DNA of 64,000 nucleotides from assembly GCA_963774955.1 (NCBI GenBank), contig CAVZGV010000003.1, positions 256,771 to 320,770 of the forward strand, in the 5' to 3' direction. How positions within the stretch are numbered: the first letter of the stretch is position 1; each line of letters opens with the position of its first letter. The DNA is from Candidatus Falkowbacteria bacterium. Its GTDB lineage: Bacteria; Patescibacteriota; Patescibacteriia; CAIXNZ01. The position numbers were made by a program, and so were the translations under genes. This document shows positions 9,450 to 18,737 of this stretch, in pieces. The notes beneath the pieces were generated by a model that did not search any database, was not told the DNA's origin, and saw only the letters and a program-made list of their open reading frames with translations.

Positions 9450-10361
9450 ATGGCCAGAAAAATAGTAAAATTTGGGGGCATTACCTGGGTAAATATTGAA
9501 AAATTTGATCAGGAGGAGGAGAAATACCTCCGGGAAAATTATAAATTTCATCCTTTAACCGTGAAAGATTGTTACGATATCAGCCAAAATGCCAAGGTGG
9601 ATTTTTATGAAAATTATCTTTTTTTAATTCTGCATTTTCCTCACTTGAATAAAGTTGAATTTCGTATTGGTATCAATGAACTGGCAATGTTTGTCGGCCC
9701 AGATTTTTTCATTACCGTAACCACGGGGAAATTTAAAAAAATTAGTAAATTATTTTTTTTAATCCAGCATAATTCCAAACTGAGGCAGGAGTATCTGTCT
9801 TCGGGCGTTAATTATCTGGCGTATATGGTTGTTAAAAGTCTTTTTGAAAAGGGAACCAGACCCATTAGTAATTATTTGAAGCAAAGAATAAGAGATATTG
9901 AAACAGAGATTTTTGAGGAAGGTAAACGTCAAACCTCGGTTAAAAAACTCGCTTTGATCCGACGCAATATTTTAAATTTTAGAAGTGTCTTGGAGCCGCA
10001 AAAGGCTGTGGTTAAAAGTTTGACCACGAGTAAATTATTGGCTGATTTTAAAGATTATTTTGATGATATTAATGACTATTTGGAGAAATTATGGTCGACT
10101 TCCGCCAATTACAAGGAGTTGATCGACGGGTTTAACGAAGCTAATGAATCTTTAATTTCTTTCCGGACCAATCAGATAATTACAACTTTGACGGTGATTT
10201 CTGTGGCTTTACTGCCTTTGACTTTGTTCTCCAGCATTTATGGTATGAATATTGAGCTGCCGTATGCTGAATATCCTCATGTGATTTGGGGCGTCTTTAT
10301 AACCGTCTTTGCCGCCATAATTATTTCACTTTTATATTTAAAGCGAAAAAATAGAATCTAA
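9450..10361 (+). CDS. corA: CorA-family Mg2+/Co2+ transporter
   Basis: Two C-terminal TM helices carrying the YGMN motif (IYGMNIELPY) after a ~230-aa cytoplasmic domain. A TGCTATAAT promoter sits at 9405-9413. Confidence 0.8.
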   Translation: MARKIVKFGGITWVNIEKFDQEEEKYLRENYKFHPLTVKDCYDISQNAKVDFYENYLFLILHFPHLNKVEFRIGINELAMFVGPDFFITVTTGKFKKISKLFFLIQHNSKLRQEYLSSGVNYLAYMVVKSLFEKGTRPISNYLKQRIRDIETEIFEEGKRQTSVKKLALIRRNILNFRSVLEPQKAVVKSLTTSKLLADFKDYFDDINDYLEKLWSTSANYKELIDGFNEANESLISFRTNQIITTLTVISVALLPLTLFSSIYGMNIELPYAEYPHVIWGVFITVFAAIIISLLYLKRKNRI

Positions 10362-10366
10362 AATTT

Positions 10367-10933
10367 ATGTCAAAAATTCAAGTTGAAGTTTCAGCCCGTC
10401 ATTGTCATTTGAGCCAAAAAGATGCTGATACTTTGTTCGGTAAAAATTATCAGTTTAAAGTCATGAAAATGGTGTCCCAGCCTGGCCAGTTTGCCACGGT
10501 TGAGGAGGTTACGGTTAAAGGACCTAAAGGAGAATTTAAATTAAGAATAGTCGGGCCGATTCGTAACGATACTCAGGTGGAACTGGCGGTGACTGATTGT
10601 TTCCGTTTGGGTGTGAAGCCGATTATCAGGGTTTCCGGTGACATTAAAGGGACTTCAGGCGCAGTTTTGATCGGACCAAAAGGACAGGTGAGCATCAAGG
10701 AAGGTGTTATTGCGGCCCAAAGACATTTGCATATTGCTCCAGCTGAAGCCAAAGTCCTGAAAGTTAAAACCGGTCAAATTGTTTCTATGAAAATAAAAGG
10801 TCCCAGGGGTTTAATCTTTAATAATGTAATTGTGCGTTCAGGACCTGGTCATAAAAAGTCATTTCAGATTGATACTGATGAAGGCAATGCCTGCGGTTGG
10901 GTGCCGGGGATGACCGCGGATTTAATTGTGTAA
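10367..10933 (+). CDS. pduL: PduL/EutD-like phosphate acyltransferase
   Basis: VEVSARHCHLSQKDADTLFG and a second AQRHLHIAPAEA repeat fit the two-repeat HxH architecture of the PduL family. The gene starts 5 nt after the corA stop. Acetate kinase follows two genes downstream, and no classical pta is present in the window. Confidence 0.75.
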   Translation: MSKIQVEVSARHCHLSQKDADTLFGKNYQFKVMKMVSQPGQFATVEEVTVKGPKGEFKLRIVGPIRNDTQVELAVTDCFRLGVKPIIRVSGDIKGTSGAVLIGPKGQVSIKEGVIAAQRHLHIAPAEAKVLKVKTGQIVSMKIKGPRGLIFNNVIVRSGPGHKKSFQIDTDEGNACGWVPGMTADLIV

Positions 10934-11016
10934 GGCGAAAACGCCTACGGTTTTATAAACCGTAGGCGACACAAGCTTGTGTCGCCTACAAAAACATATT
11001 TTGGGCGTTTTCGCCC
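10934..11016. other. Nested palindromic element: an outer inverted repeat GGCGAAAACGCC/GGGCGTTTTCGCC enclosing two perfect hairpins
   Basis: Hairpin 1 is GCCTACGGTTT-TATA-AAACCGTAGGC (10943-10967). Hairpin 2 is GTAGGCGACACAAG/CTTGTGTCGCCTAC (10962-10989). The outer arms are at 10934-10945 and 11003-11016. The element is intergenic between pduL and the MBL hydrolase gene. Confidence 0.45.
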
Positions 11017-11026
11017 GAACAACCTT

Positions 11027-11620
11027 ATGAATAAACAATTAGCTCGAGTAAAAATATTACTTACTGGCTATTTTAAATGGCTGAGTGTCTTTAAAAATAA
11101 ATTTAAAGCCAGCTCAACCGTGACTTTGATTCGTGATGGCCGTGTTAATATTTTGGTTGATACCGGTCATCATGAGGTTGAAAAAAAGTTAGTGGCAGCT
11201 TTAAAAAAGGAAGGCTTAAAGCCCAATGATATTCATTATGTGATTGTCTCTCATCATCATCCTGATCATGTGGCGAATAATCATTTATTTAAAAAAGCTA
11301 TTATTACTGATGTTCTGACCAGCTATAAGGGTGATCGGTTTAAGGTTGATTTGGACATATTATATAAAGGTAAAAATATAATTACGCCAAATGTCTATAT
11401 AATCAGCACACCCGGCCATGAACTGGATGAATGTACGGTTATGGCGAAAACTGAAAAGGGAATCATTGCTATTGTCGGTGATGTCTTTTGGTCTAAGCAA
11501 AGAGAAAGAAATATTATGGTCAAGGATAAGAAGGCTTTGGCTAAAAGTCAGGCTAAGGTTGTGAAATTAGCTGATTATGTAATTCCCGGACATGCGGGAA
11601 TGTTTAAAATTAGTAAATAG
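11027..11620 (+). CDS. MBL-fold metallo-hydrolase
   Basis: HxHxDH motif (VSHHHPDHVANN) with later His/Asp ligands (TPGHELDE...GDVF...PGHAG). Confidence 0.75.
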   Translation: MNKQLARVKILLTGYFKWLSVFKNKFKASSTVTLIRDGRVNILVDTGHHEVEKKLVAALKKEGLKPNDIHYVIVSHHHPDHVANNHLFKKAIITDVLTSYKGDRFKVDLDILYKGKNIITPNVYIISTPGHELDECTVMAKTEKGIIAIVGDVFWSKQRERNIMVKDKKALAKSQAKVVKLADYVIPGHAGMFKISK

Positions 11621-11765
11621 TACGAGGTGTATAGGTTAGGAATCTAGTTAAGTTAACGGTGTATTGTGTTGTACTATTCACTAAACACCTAACTTACATC
11701 TTAACCCTAATACTAAGCACCAATTATAAGATTATAAAAATTTGATTAGTTAATACTATCAATTT

Positions 11766-12899
11766 ATGAAAGTTAAATATATTTTAGTTCTCAATGCGGG
11801 CAGTGCGACACTAAAGTTTAAAATTTTTAATTTCTCTGATTTAAAATTGGTTAAAGAGGGGATTATTGAGCGCATCGGACTGATGAATTCTTTTATCAGA
11901 ATTGGAGACAAAAAAGAAGTTTACGAAGTGGAAACTCATGAGCAGGCTTTCCGTCTTTTGATTTCTAAAATAGAAGATCTTAAAGATAACATTGTTCTGA
12001 TCGGACACCGTGTAGTTCATGGCGGCGAAGAATTTACTAAGCCGACCCTGATTACCAAAAAGCTCCTGAAAAAACTGGAAAAGTATAATAAACTGGCGCC
12101 TTTGCATAATCCCGTGGGTATTAGCTGTATTAAAGCCAGTCAAAAATATATGCCCCAGGCCGCTGATGTGGCTGTTTTTGATACCGGGTTTTATCAGACT
12201 TTGCCCAAGCATGCTTTTATTTATGCCATACCTTTGAAATATTATAACCGCGATAAAATCAGGCGTTATGGTTTTCATGGTATTTCTCATCAGTACATTG
12301 CCGGTCAGGCGGCTTTGAAACTGAAAAAGCCGTTATCTAAATTAAATCTGATAACCTGCCATTTGGGTTCCGGCTGCAGTATTACGGCGATTAAAAACGG
12401 CCAGGCAGTCGATACTTCCATGGGCTTTACACCGCTTGAGGGTCTGGTCATGTCCACCCGCAGCGGTAGTATTGATCCTGCGATTCCTTTGTATTTAATG
12501 CGCAAGGAAAAAATGACTGAAGATGAGATTAATGACCTTTTAAATAAGCGTTCAGGCATTTTTGGCTTATCAGGCAGTATGGATATGCGCGAACTTTTAA
12601 GCAAGGCCGGTTTTAGCGTTAACGGTTTTAAATTAACCGGGAAAATTAAGGCTAAAGACAAGGAAATTGCCAAGTTGACATTGGACATTTTTGTCTATAA
12701 TATAAAGAAGTATATAGGCGCCTATGCGGCAATTCTCGGCAAGATAGATGCTGTGGTTTTTACGGGCGGGATTGGAGAACGAAGCGAAATTATCCGCAGT
12801 TTAATTCTGAAAGATTTACCGAAATATCTCAGTTTAGTTATTCCGGCTAATGAGGAAAAATTAATTGCTGAGCAGTCTAAACAGTTAGTAAGGGATTAG
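11766..12899 (+). CDS. ackA: Acetate (propionate) kinase
   Basis: N-terminal ILVLNAGSATLKFKIF, then HRVVHGG, FDTGFYQT and a C-terminal VFTGGIGE motif. These are typical ASKHA acetate-kinase motifs. Confidence 0.9.
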   Translation: MKVKYILVLNAGSATLKFKIFNFSDLKLVKEGIIERIGLMNSFIRIGDKKEVYEVETHEQAFRLLISKIEDLKDNIVLIGHRVVHGGEEFTKPTLITKKLLKKLEKYNKLAPLHNPVGISCIKASQKYMPQAADVAVFDTGFYQTLPKHAFIYAIPLKYYNRDKIRRYGFHGISHQYIAGQAALKLKKPLSKLNLITCHLGSGCSITAIKNGQAVDTSMGFTPLEGLVMSTRSGSIDPAIPLYLMRKEKMTEDEINDLLNKRSGIFGLSGSMDMRELLSKAGFSVNGFKLTGKIKAKDKEIAKLTLDIFVYNIKKYIGAYAAILGKIDAVVFTGGIGERSEIIRSLILKDLPKYLSLVIPANEEKLIAEQSKQLVRD

Positions 12900-12949
12900 G
12901 GGTGAGGTAATCTGGTCTTTGAGCGAAAAGTTTTTATTTATATAAAAAT

Positions 12950-13813
12950 ATGAAAAATAATTATAAAATTATTTTATTACTACTGGTGCTGATAATAGCG
13001 CCATTCTTAATGTTTGGGGTAGATCAGGTTTTGGCGCAGCCGGCTGAAAATAGTGTGCTTTGTGAGGCCGGCAATAACGGTTGTACCCAGCAGGGTTTGC
13101 AATTGGCGACTATGCTGGAAAACAGGGGTATAAGTTTCGCCTTGATCGCCACAGCAGGTCTTTTGGATGGAGTTAATCCCTGTGCCATTGGCATGCTGAT
13201 TTTATTACTGGGGTATTTGCTGGTTTTTGTTCATGATACACATCGCATGGTCAGGCTAGGTTTAATTTATATCGTGACAGTTTTTGCCACTTACTTTTTA
13301 ATTGGTATAGCTTTTTCTCAGTTTGTTTATCAATTATTAGCTCAGTCATGGTATCAGGAAATTTCTCATATTATTAAATATATTATTATAGCGGCGATCT
13401 GGATGGCCGCAATTATTAATATCAAAGATTTTTTTGCCTACGGCAAATGGTTTTCTTTGGGCGTTTCCAAGGGCGAGGTTCCGTTGTTACTAAAGTTGAT
13501 TAAAAAGGTTGACTGGCATACGACGATTTTATTAGGTATTGCGGTTACTATTTTTGAACTGCCTTGTTCTCTGCCATTGTACGTCGGTTCGATCGCAATT
13601 ATGACGCAAACTTTTCACTACGTAAAAACCATATTATATCTTTTGGTTTATAATTTGATGTTTATTACGCCTTTGTTTATTGTTTACGCAATTTTAGTAA
13701 AAACCCATCATATATTTGAAGCTAAAGATGTCCAGGAAAAGTTTAATAAATGGATGAAATTGAGTATGGGGATAGCGCAGGTTTTAATTGGCATAGGTTT
13801 ATTATTATTGTAA
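12950..13813 (+). CDS. ccdA: Cytochrome c biogenesis / thiol-disulfide transfer membrane protein (CcdA/DsbD family)
   Basis: Polytopic membrane protein with the conserved GVNPCA motif in TM1 and a second Cys in a later TM (ELPCSLPLY). Confidence 0.7.
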   Translation: MKNNYKIILLLLVLIIAPFLMFGVDQVLAQPAENSVLCEAGNNGCTQQGLQLATMLENRGISFALIATAGLLDGVNPCAIGMLILLLGYLLVFVHDTHRMVRLGLIYIVTVFATYFLIGIAFSQFVYQLLAQSWYQEISHIIKYIIIAAIWMAAIINIKDFFAYGKWFSLGVSKGEVPLLLKLIKKVDWHTTILLGIAVTIFELPCSLPLYVGSIAIMTQTFHYVKTILYLLVYNLMFITPLFIVYAILVKTHHIFEAKDVQEKFNKWMKLSMGIAQVLIGIGLLLL

Positions 13814-13890
13814 TAAGTCATTTATTAGAATAACCAAACTACAAGCATCAACCTCCAAATAAATCACAAATTCTAAGTACTAAAATTAAA

Positions 13891-13946
13891 GATTAATTTG
13901 TAATTTAAGATTTGGGATTCGGAGATTATTTGGGATTTGGGATTTG
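13891..13946. repeat. Short tandem ATTTGGG repeats (4 units) preceded by AATTTGTAAT
   Basis: GATTTGGGATTCGGAGATTATTTGGGATTTGGGATTTGG lies immediately upstream of murJ. Confidence 0.4.
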
Positions 13947-13970
13947 GTTTTTGAAGCTTTACACGAATTT

Positions 13971-15623
13971 ATGATCAAGAGTCTAATTAACGGTGAATCA
14001 AAGACAATTACCTCAGCAGCGATTATAGTGGGCGCGGCTTCATTGGCAAGCCGTTTTTTAGGTGTAGTCAGAGATAGGATTTTAGCTGGTGAATTTGGTG
14101 CCGGCGATACCTTGGACGCATATTATGCCGCCTTCAGAATCCCTGATTTGATTTTTAATCTTTTAGTCTTGGGAGCTTTGTCAGCCGGTTTTATCCCAAT
14201 TTTCACTTTATATTTACAGCGACAGGAAAATGACAAAGCCTGGCGTTTGACCAATGAGATTTTGAATATGTTAATTGTCGGTCTGTTGGTCTTATGCTGT
14301 TTGCTTTTTATTTTTGCTCCGCAATTGATGAAAGTCATCACGCCTGGTTTTAGCAGTGACAAAATAGCTACCGCCGTTACCTTAACTCGGATTATGTTTT
14401 TAAGTCCGATACTTTTGGGAATCAGTAGCGTTATGGGCGGAATTTTACAGTCTTTCAAAAGATTTTTTGTTTATTCTCTTGCCCCCATCTTTTATAATCT
14501 GGGAATCGTTTTTGGTGCACTAGTTTTTGTGCCCTGGTGGGGGATTAAAGGCTTGGCCTGGGGGGTGGTTTTGGGAGCTTTTTTACACTTACTCGTTCAA
14601 ATCCCCACCTGTACCTGGTTAGGTTACCGTTATCAATTAGTTCTAAATTTTAAAGACGAGGCGATTAAAAAAATCGGTAAAATAATGGTGCCCAGAACTC
14701 TGACTTTGGGTATTAATCAGCTAAATCTTGTTGTTATTACAATTATTGCCTCAACCCTGGCGGGCGGATCTTTGGCCATATTTAATCTGGCTAATAATTT
14801 ACAGGTTTTTCCGGTCGGCATTTTCGGGATTTCTTTTGCGATTGCTGCTTTCCCGACGCTGGCGGCTTTGGCGATTAAAGATGATAAAAAGGAATTTATT
14901 CATAGTTTTTCCAATACAACTCGTCAGATATTATTTTTTATAATACCGGCGTCAGTTTTGCTTTTAGTTTTACGCGCCCAGATCGTGCGTGTGATATTAG
15001 GTTCAGGTCAGTTTACCTGGGAGGACACAGTTTTAACCATAGATACTTTAGCGATGTTTACGATCAGTTTGTTTGCTCAGGCTTTGATTCCTCTACTGAT
15101 TCGCGGGTTTTATGCTTTTCAAAATTCTTTAACGCCATTCATTTTGGGTATGGCAGCTTCGGTTTTAAATATAATTCTAAGCTTGATTTTAATTAAGCCG
15201 TTTACGTTTTTAGGTTACAATTTTGATTTGGGCATCAGCGGCTTAGCCCTGGCTTTTTCTATCTCCACTATTTTTAATTTCGCCTTATTGTGGATTGGCT
15301 TGAGAATTCGGGCCGGAAGCTTGGATGAGAAACACGTTATCTGGTCAGTTTTTAAAATTTCACTGGCAACTTTGGCTATGGCCATGGTGACCCAGTTTAT
15401 GAAATTCGGCATTGAGCCATATTTTGGCACTACGACATTTCTAGGTATATTTTTGCAGGGTTTAATCGCCGGGCTGGTCGGTATTGCCGTATTTATTGTT
15501 GCCGGTTTAGCCTTGAAGTCTCAGGAAATGATTACTTTTGTTGACTCTATGAAAAAACGTATTTTTAAGGAAAAAAGTTTTTATCCTAAAGAAAATATTG
15601 ATGAAAACGTGGAAGTTAAGTAA
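13971..15623 (+). CDS. murJ: Lipid II flippase MurJ (MviN)
   Basis: N-terminal SAAIIVGAASLASRFLGVVRDRILAGEFGAG...LDAYYAAFRIPDL with ~14 TM helices. The start is taken at the ATG for MIKSLING; the track ORF begins at an upstream TTG. Confidence 0.85.
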   Translation: MIKSLINGESKTITSAAIIVGAASLASRFLGVVRDRILAGEFGAGDTLDAYYAAFRIPDLIFNLLVLGALSAGFIPIFTLYLQRQENDKAWRLTNEILNMLIVGLLVLCCLLFIFAPQLMKVITPGFSSDKIATAVTLTRIMFLSPILLGISSVMGGILQSFKRFFVYSLAPIFYNLGIVFGALVFVPWWGIKGLAWGVVLGAFLHLLVQIPTCTWLGYRYQLVLNFKDEAIKKIGKIMVPRTLTLGINQLNLVVITIIASTLAGGSLAIFNLANNLQVFPVGIFGISFAIAAFPTLAALAIKDDKKEFIHSFSNTTRQILFFIIPASVLLLVLRAQIVRVILGSGQFTWEDTVLTIDTLAMFTISLFAQALIPLLIRGFYAFQNSLTPFILGMAASVLNIILSLILIKPFTFLGYNFDLGISGLALAFSISTIFNFALLWIGLRIRAGSLDEKHVIWSVFKISLATLAMAMVTQFMKFGIEPYFGTTTFLGIFLQGLIAGLVGIAVFIVAGLALKSQEMITFVDSMKKRIFKEKSFYPKENIDENVEVK

Positions 15624-15685
15624 CAGCTATAAGCTTATTTAATCAAGGCCTTTTGGGGCAGAATTTAAAAGATCAGGGAGGGAAC

Positions 15686-15916
15686 ATGGATATTTTTTTA
15701 AATTGGGTTGCGAAGGTTTTGGTTTTTATTTTAGATTTGTTCCTTGGAAATCCGTCGGCAGCTGCAACGGAAGAAAAAAACAAAAAAAAGGTGCAGTCTG
15801 AGTCTCCTAAATCCGGAGCCAACTGCCATTTGTGTTCTCGCTGGGTCGATGATGCACATCCCAAAGGGGAATTTGTGGTTTGCGAACATTGTCTGACCCT
15901 CAAGCCGAGCCAATAG
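15686..15916 (+). CDS. Small membrane-anchored zinc-ribbon protein (hypothetical)
   Basis: Strong SD GGGAGGG lies 4 nt upstream of the ATG for MDIFLNW. The protein has an N-terminal TM and C-terminal CHLC...CEHC. Confidence 0.45.
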   Translation: MDIFLNWVAKVLVFILDLFLGNPSAAATEEKNKKKVQSESPKSGANCHLCSRWVDDAHPKGEFVVCEHCLTLKPSQ

Positions 15917-15927
15917 CTCGGCTTTTT
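15904..15927 (+). terminator. Rho-independent terminator
   Basis: GCCGAGC-CAATA-GCTCGGC followed by TTTTT. Confidence 0.55.
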
Positions 15928-16003
15928 AATTAATGCGAATGGCTAGATAAACTATTGGAACGAAAGTAATTTGAGGCATGCGAATGGGTTTATAAATGAA
16001 TGA

Positions 16004-16040
16004 AATTTGTAATTCGTAGATAATTTGTACATTTGTAGCT
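16004..16040. repeat. ATTTGTA motif cluster (3 copies) sharing two 10-mers with the 23225-23298 array
   Basis: AATTTGTAAT (16004-16013) and ATTTGTAGCT (16031-16040) are identical to 23261-23270 and 23272-23281. The cluster lies upstream of the 16115 gene. Confidence 0.35.
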
Positions 16041-16114
16041 TAACGTTTGACTTTCTTTCTTTGTTATGATAAATTTTAATTCAAAATCAGTACTTTTTAA
16101 AAGGGAGGTTAAGC

Positions 16115-16522
16115 ATGATAGATTATAATGAAAATGATTTAAGGGAATTTTTAGCAAGTTTAGGTTGGCCAGAAGAAATGATTGAAAAATGGTTTGAAGA
16201 AGTGAAGGCAAGACCACCTAATCCTGTGTTAGAAAAAATTGTAAGCATTGTGGCTGCAGTAAAGGAATATGTAGAAAAGCAACTAAATGAATTCTATGAT
16301 GACTTATATGTAAAGACTGGCAGAGGAACGCTTTTGCCTAGTGAGTGCATTGAGATTCTTTTGCCGTTTGAAATCGCAAAGGCCTGGATAGATCTAGAAA
16401 GAAAACCGTTGAATCAGCTTACACTTTGCGAAGGATATGTGGCAAAGGGTTGGAAAATGGTTTGGGTGGAAGAGAGGATAAATTCAAATGACAAAGAATT
16501 TGTCATTGTTTTTCAGGCTTAA
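16115..16522 (+). CDS. Hypothetical cytoplasmic protein
   Basis: 135-aa ORF with a strong SD (AAGGGAGG) 7 nt upstream. Its codon usage (AGA/AGG Arg, GAA-rich) looks different from neighbouring genes. I recognise no motifs. Confidence 0.5.
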   Translation: MIDYNENDLREFLASLGWPEEMIEKWFEEVKARPPNPVLEKIVSIVAAVKEYVEKQLNEFYDDLYVKTGRGTLLPSECIEILLPFEIAKAWIDLERKPLNQLTLCEGYVAKGWKMVWVEERINSNDKEFVIVFQA

Positions 16523-16576
16523 TATTGAGGGAGAAATAGTTGATTCTCTCTCTTTTTTTTGCTAAGATAACTTTAT

Positions 16577-18451
16577 ATGAATTCGAGTAATATTCGCAAT
16601 TTCTGTATTATCGCGCATATTGATCACGGTAAGTCCACTTTGGCTGACCGTTTTTTGGAATTGACCGGGACTGTGGAAAAAAGGAATATGAAAGCTCAGA
16701 TTTTGGATGCTATGGATTTGGAACGGGAAAGGGGAATTACCATCAAACTTAACGCCTGTACAGATGAAATATCAGGAGTATGTTTTGAATTTAATTGATA
16801 CTCCCGGCCATGTTGATTTTACTTATGAAGTTTCGCGTTCTTTAGCTTGTGTTGAAGGGGCGATTCTTTTGGTTGACGCGACACAGGGTATTCAGGCTCA
16901 GACAATTGCCAATTTGTATTTGGCTCTGGAACAGAATTTAACCATTATTCCGGTTATTAATAAAATTGATTTGCCCAATGCCGAGGTAGACTAAAACTAA
17001 AATGGAAATTATTAATTTGCTGGGTTGTAAGGAAGATGAGATTTTAATGTGTTCAGCCAAAACAGGGGAGGGTGTCAAGGAAATTTTGGATGAGGTTATT
17101 AAAAAAGTTCCCGCACCATTGACTAACACAGTAAGAGCCTTTTCGCGCTTTAATTTTTGATTCTTTTTATGATGAATATAAAGGCGTGATTGTTTATGTT
17201 CGGGTTTTTGACGGAGAATTAAAAAAGGGTCAACCGATATACTTTTATTGCCAGTCAGACTATCAACCGAAACGTTGGAAGTGGGCAGTATGAGACATCA
17301 AATTAGTTCCCGATGAAATTTATGCAGCCGGTCAGATCGGTTATATTGTGACTGGTTTGAAAGAAGTGGAAAAATCTCGTGTCGGCGATACTATTACTTT
17401 AAAAGGTGCTAGAAGTTGAACCTTTGCCTGGTTATAAAGAAGTTCGGCCAATGGTTTTTGCCGGTATTTTTTGTAAAGAAGGCAGTGAATTTAATCAGTT
17501 TACGTGAAGCAGTCAATAAATTAAAATTAAATGATGCGGCTTTGTTTTTTGAACCGGAACATTCTTCAGCCTTGGGTTTTGGTTTTCGCTGCGGTTTTTT
17601 GGGCTTGCTGCATTTGGAAATTTTTCAGGAACGATTAAAGCGGGAATTTAATTTGGATTTAATTGTGACAGTGCCTAGTGTTGGCTTATAAAGTAACTTT
17701 AAAATCAGCAGGTTTGAAAAAGGAACTGGAAGCCAAATTAAAAAGCCGGGACTTTTTGGCAGAAAATTTGGAAGCTAATCAGATTGTTATTAAAAGTCCG
17801 ATTGATTTACCAGATCCAAATTATATTGAAAAAATTGAAGAACCAATGATTAAAGTTGATATTGTTTCGCCCAAGGATTTTATGGGCGGTATTATGCAGT
17901 TAGTGGCGGAAAAACGAGGTGAATATATTAATACTGAATATCTGTATGTCAGTAGCTGAAATTGATCAGCGGGTGATTTTGCATTATAAAATGCCCTTGG
18001 CTTCAATTTTGACTGATTTTTACGATAAATTAAAAAGTCTTAGTTCTGGTTATGCTTCTTTGAATTATGAATTTATGCGGTTATCAACAGGCTGAAGTTG
18101 AACGTTTGGATATTTTTGTGGCAGAAGAAATAGTAGAATCATTGGCAATTATTGTTTATAAAGATGATGCTTATAAGGTCGGCAAAAAAATAGTTGAATA
18201 CTCTGAAAGAAAGTCTGCCCAAACAATGGTTTGTGGTTAAATTGCAAGCAGCAGTTGGCGGTAAGATTATGGCCAGTGAACGTTTGGGCGCTTATCGTAA
18301 AGATGTGATTGCCAAGCTTTATGGTGGTGATGTTACCCGTAAAAATAAACTTTTGGATAAACAGAAAAAAGGCAAAAAGAAAATGGCCGAACTCGGCGCC
18401 GGGTCAGTGGATATTCCGACCGAGACATTTTTGAAAATATTGAAGCGATAG
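16577..18451 (+). pseudogene. lepA: lepA (elongation factor 4) pseudogene, fragmented by at least 6 frameshifts or stops
   Basis: Successive ORF fragments in different frames match LepA in order: G1 [12 protein letters not shown]...ERERGITIK (16577-16798), G3/G4 [17 protein letters not shown]...[12 protein letters not shown]...NKIDLP (16707-16994), CSAKTGEGV (frame 1), [33 protein letters not shown] (17416-17691), a domain IV fragment (17678-17959) and the C-terminal [24 protein letters not shown] (18194-18451). A 1-nt shift is visible near 16755 and another near 16992. Confidence 0.8.
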
Positions 18452-18614
18452 TGGTTGGTAATTGGTTAATGATTAATTTTTAATTTATAATTTTTAGTTA
18501 ACAAAAAATTATTTAAAATTTAATGAAAACATTTCGGCATTAGAAATTTATTAAAAATTAGTAATTAATAATTAAAAATTTAGTCAAATATTTATTTTTT
18601 GCTATAATAACTAC

Positions 18615-18713
18615 ATGAAAAAGAATAACATAATCAAAATCGTCTGGATCTTCCTCAGTATTATTGTGGTTTTATCCATGCTGATCTGGACAATCGGACC
18701 AGGCTTATTTTAG
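18615..18713 (+). CDS. Possible 32-aa single-TM micro-protein
   Basis: Extended -10 TGCTATAAT (18600-18608) is followed 6 nt later by ATG. MKKNNIIKIVWIFLSIIVVLSMLIWTIGPGLF* is hydrophobic. It is too short for the ORF track. Confidence 0.25.
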   Translation: MKKNNIIKIVWIFLSIIVVLSMLIWTIGPGLF

Positions 18714-18737
18714 ATTTAATTAATTATTTATAATCTC

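Noticed and set aside
9333-9551. 72-aa minus-strand ORF overlapping the corA promoter and start
   Set aside because: It overlaps a terminator and the TGCTATAAT promoter, has low complexity and no SD.
11621-11765. Possible tRNA or small RNA in the 145-nt gap before ackA
   Set aside because: No cloverleaf-compatible stems (acceptor, D or TψC arms) could be found by eye. Only weak GGTGT/ACACC complementarity is present. It is left unannotated.
11841-12688. 149-aa and 127-aa minus-strand ORFs inside ackA
   Set aside because: The AckA motifs on the plus strand are unambiguous. These are antisense shadow ORFs.
16577-18451. Alternative genetic code or programmed frameshifting as an explanation for the broken lepA
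   Set aside because: The breaks are frame changes, not stop read-through. They are too numerous and irregular for programmed shifts. TGA, TAA and TAG all terminate well-supported genes elsewhere in the window (standard code).
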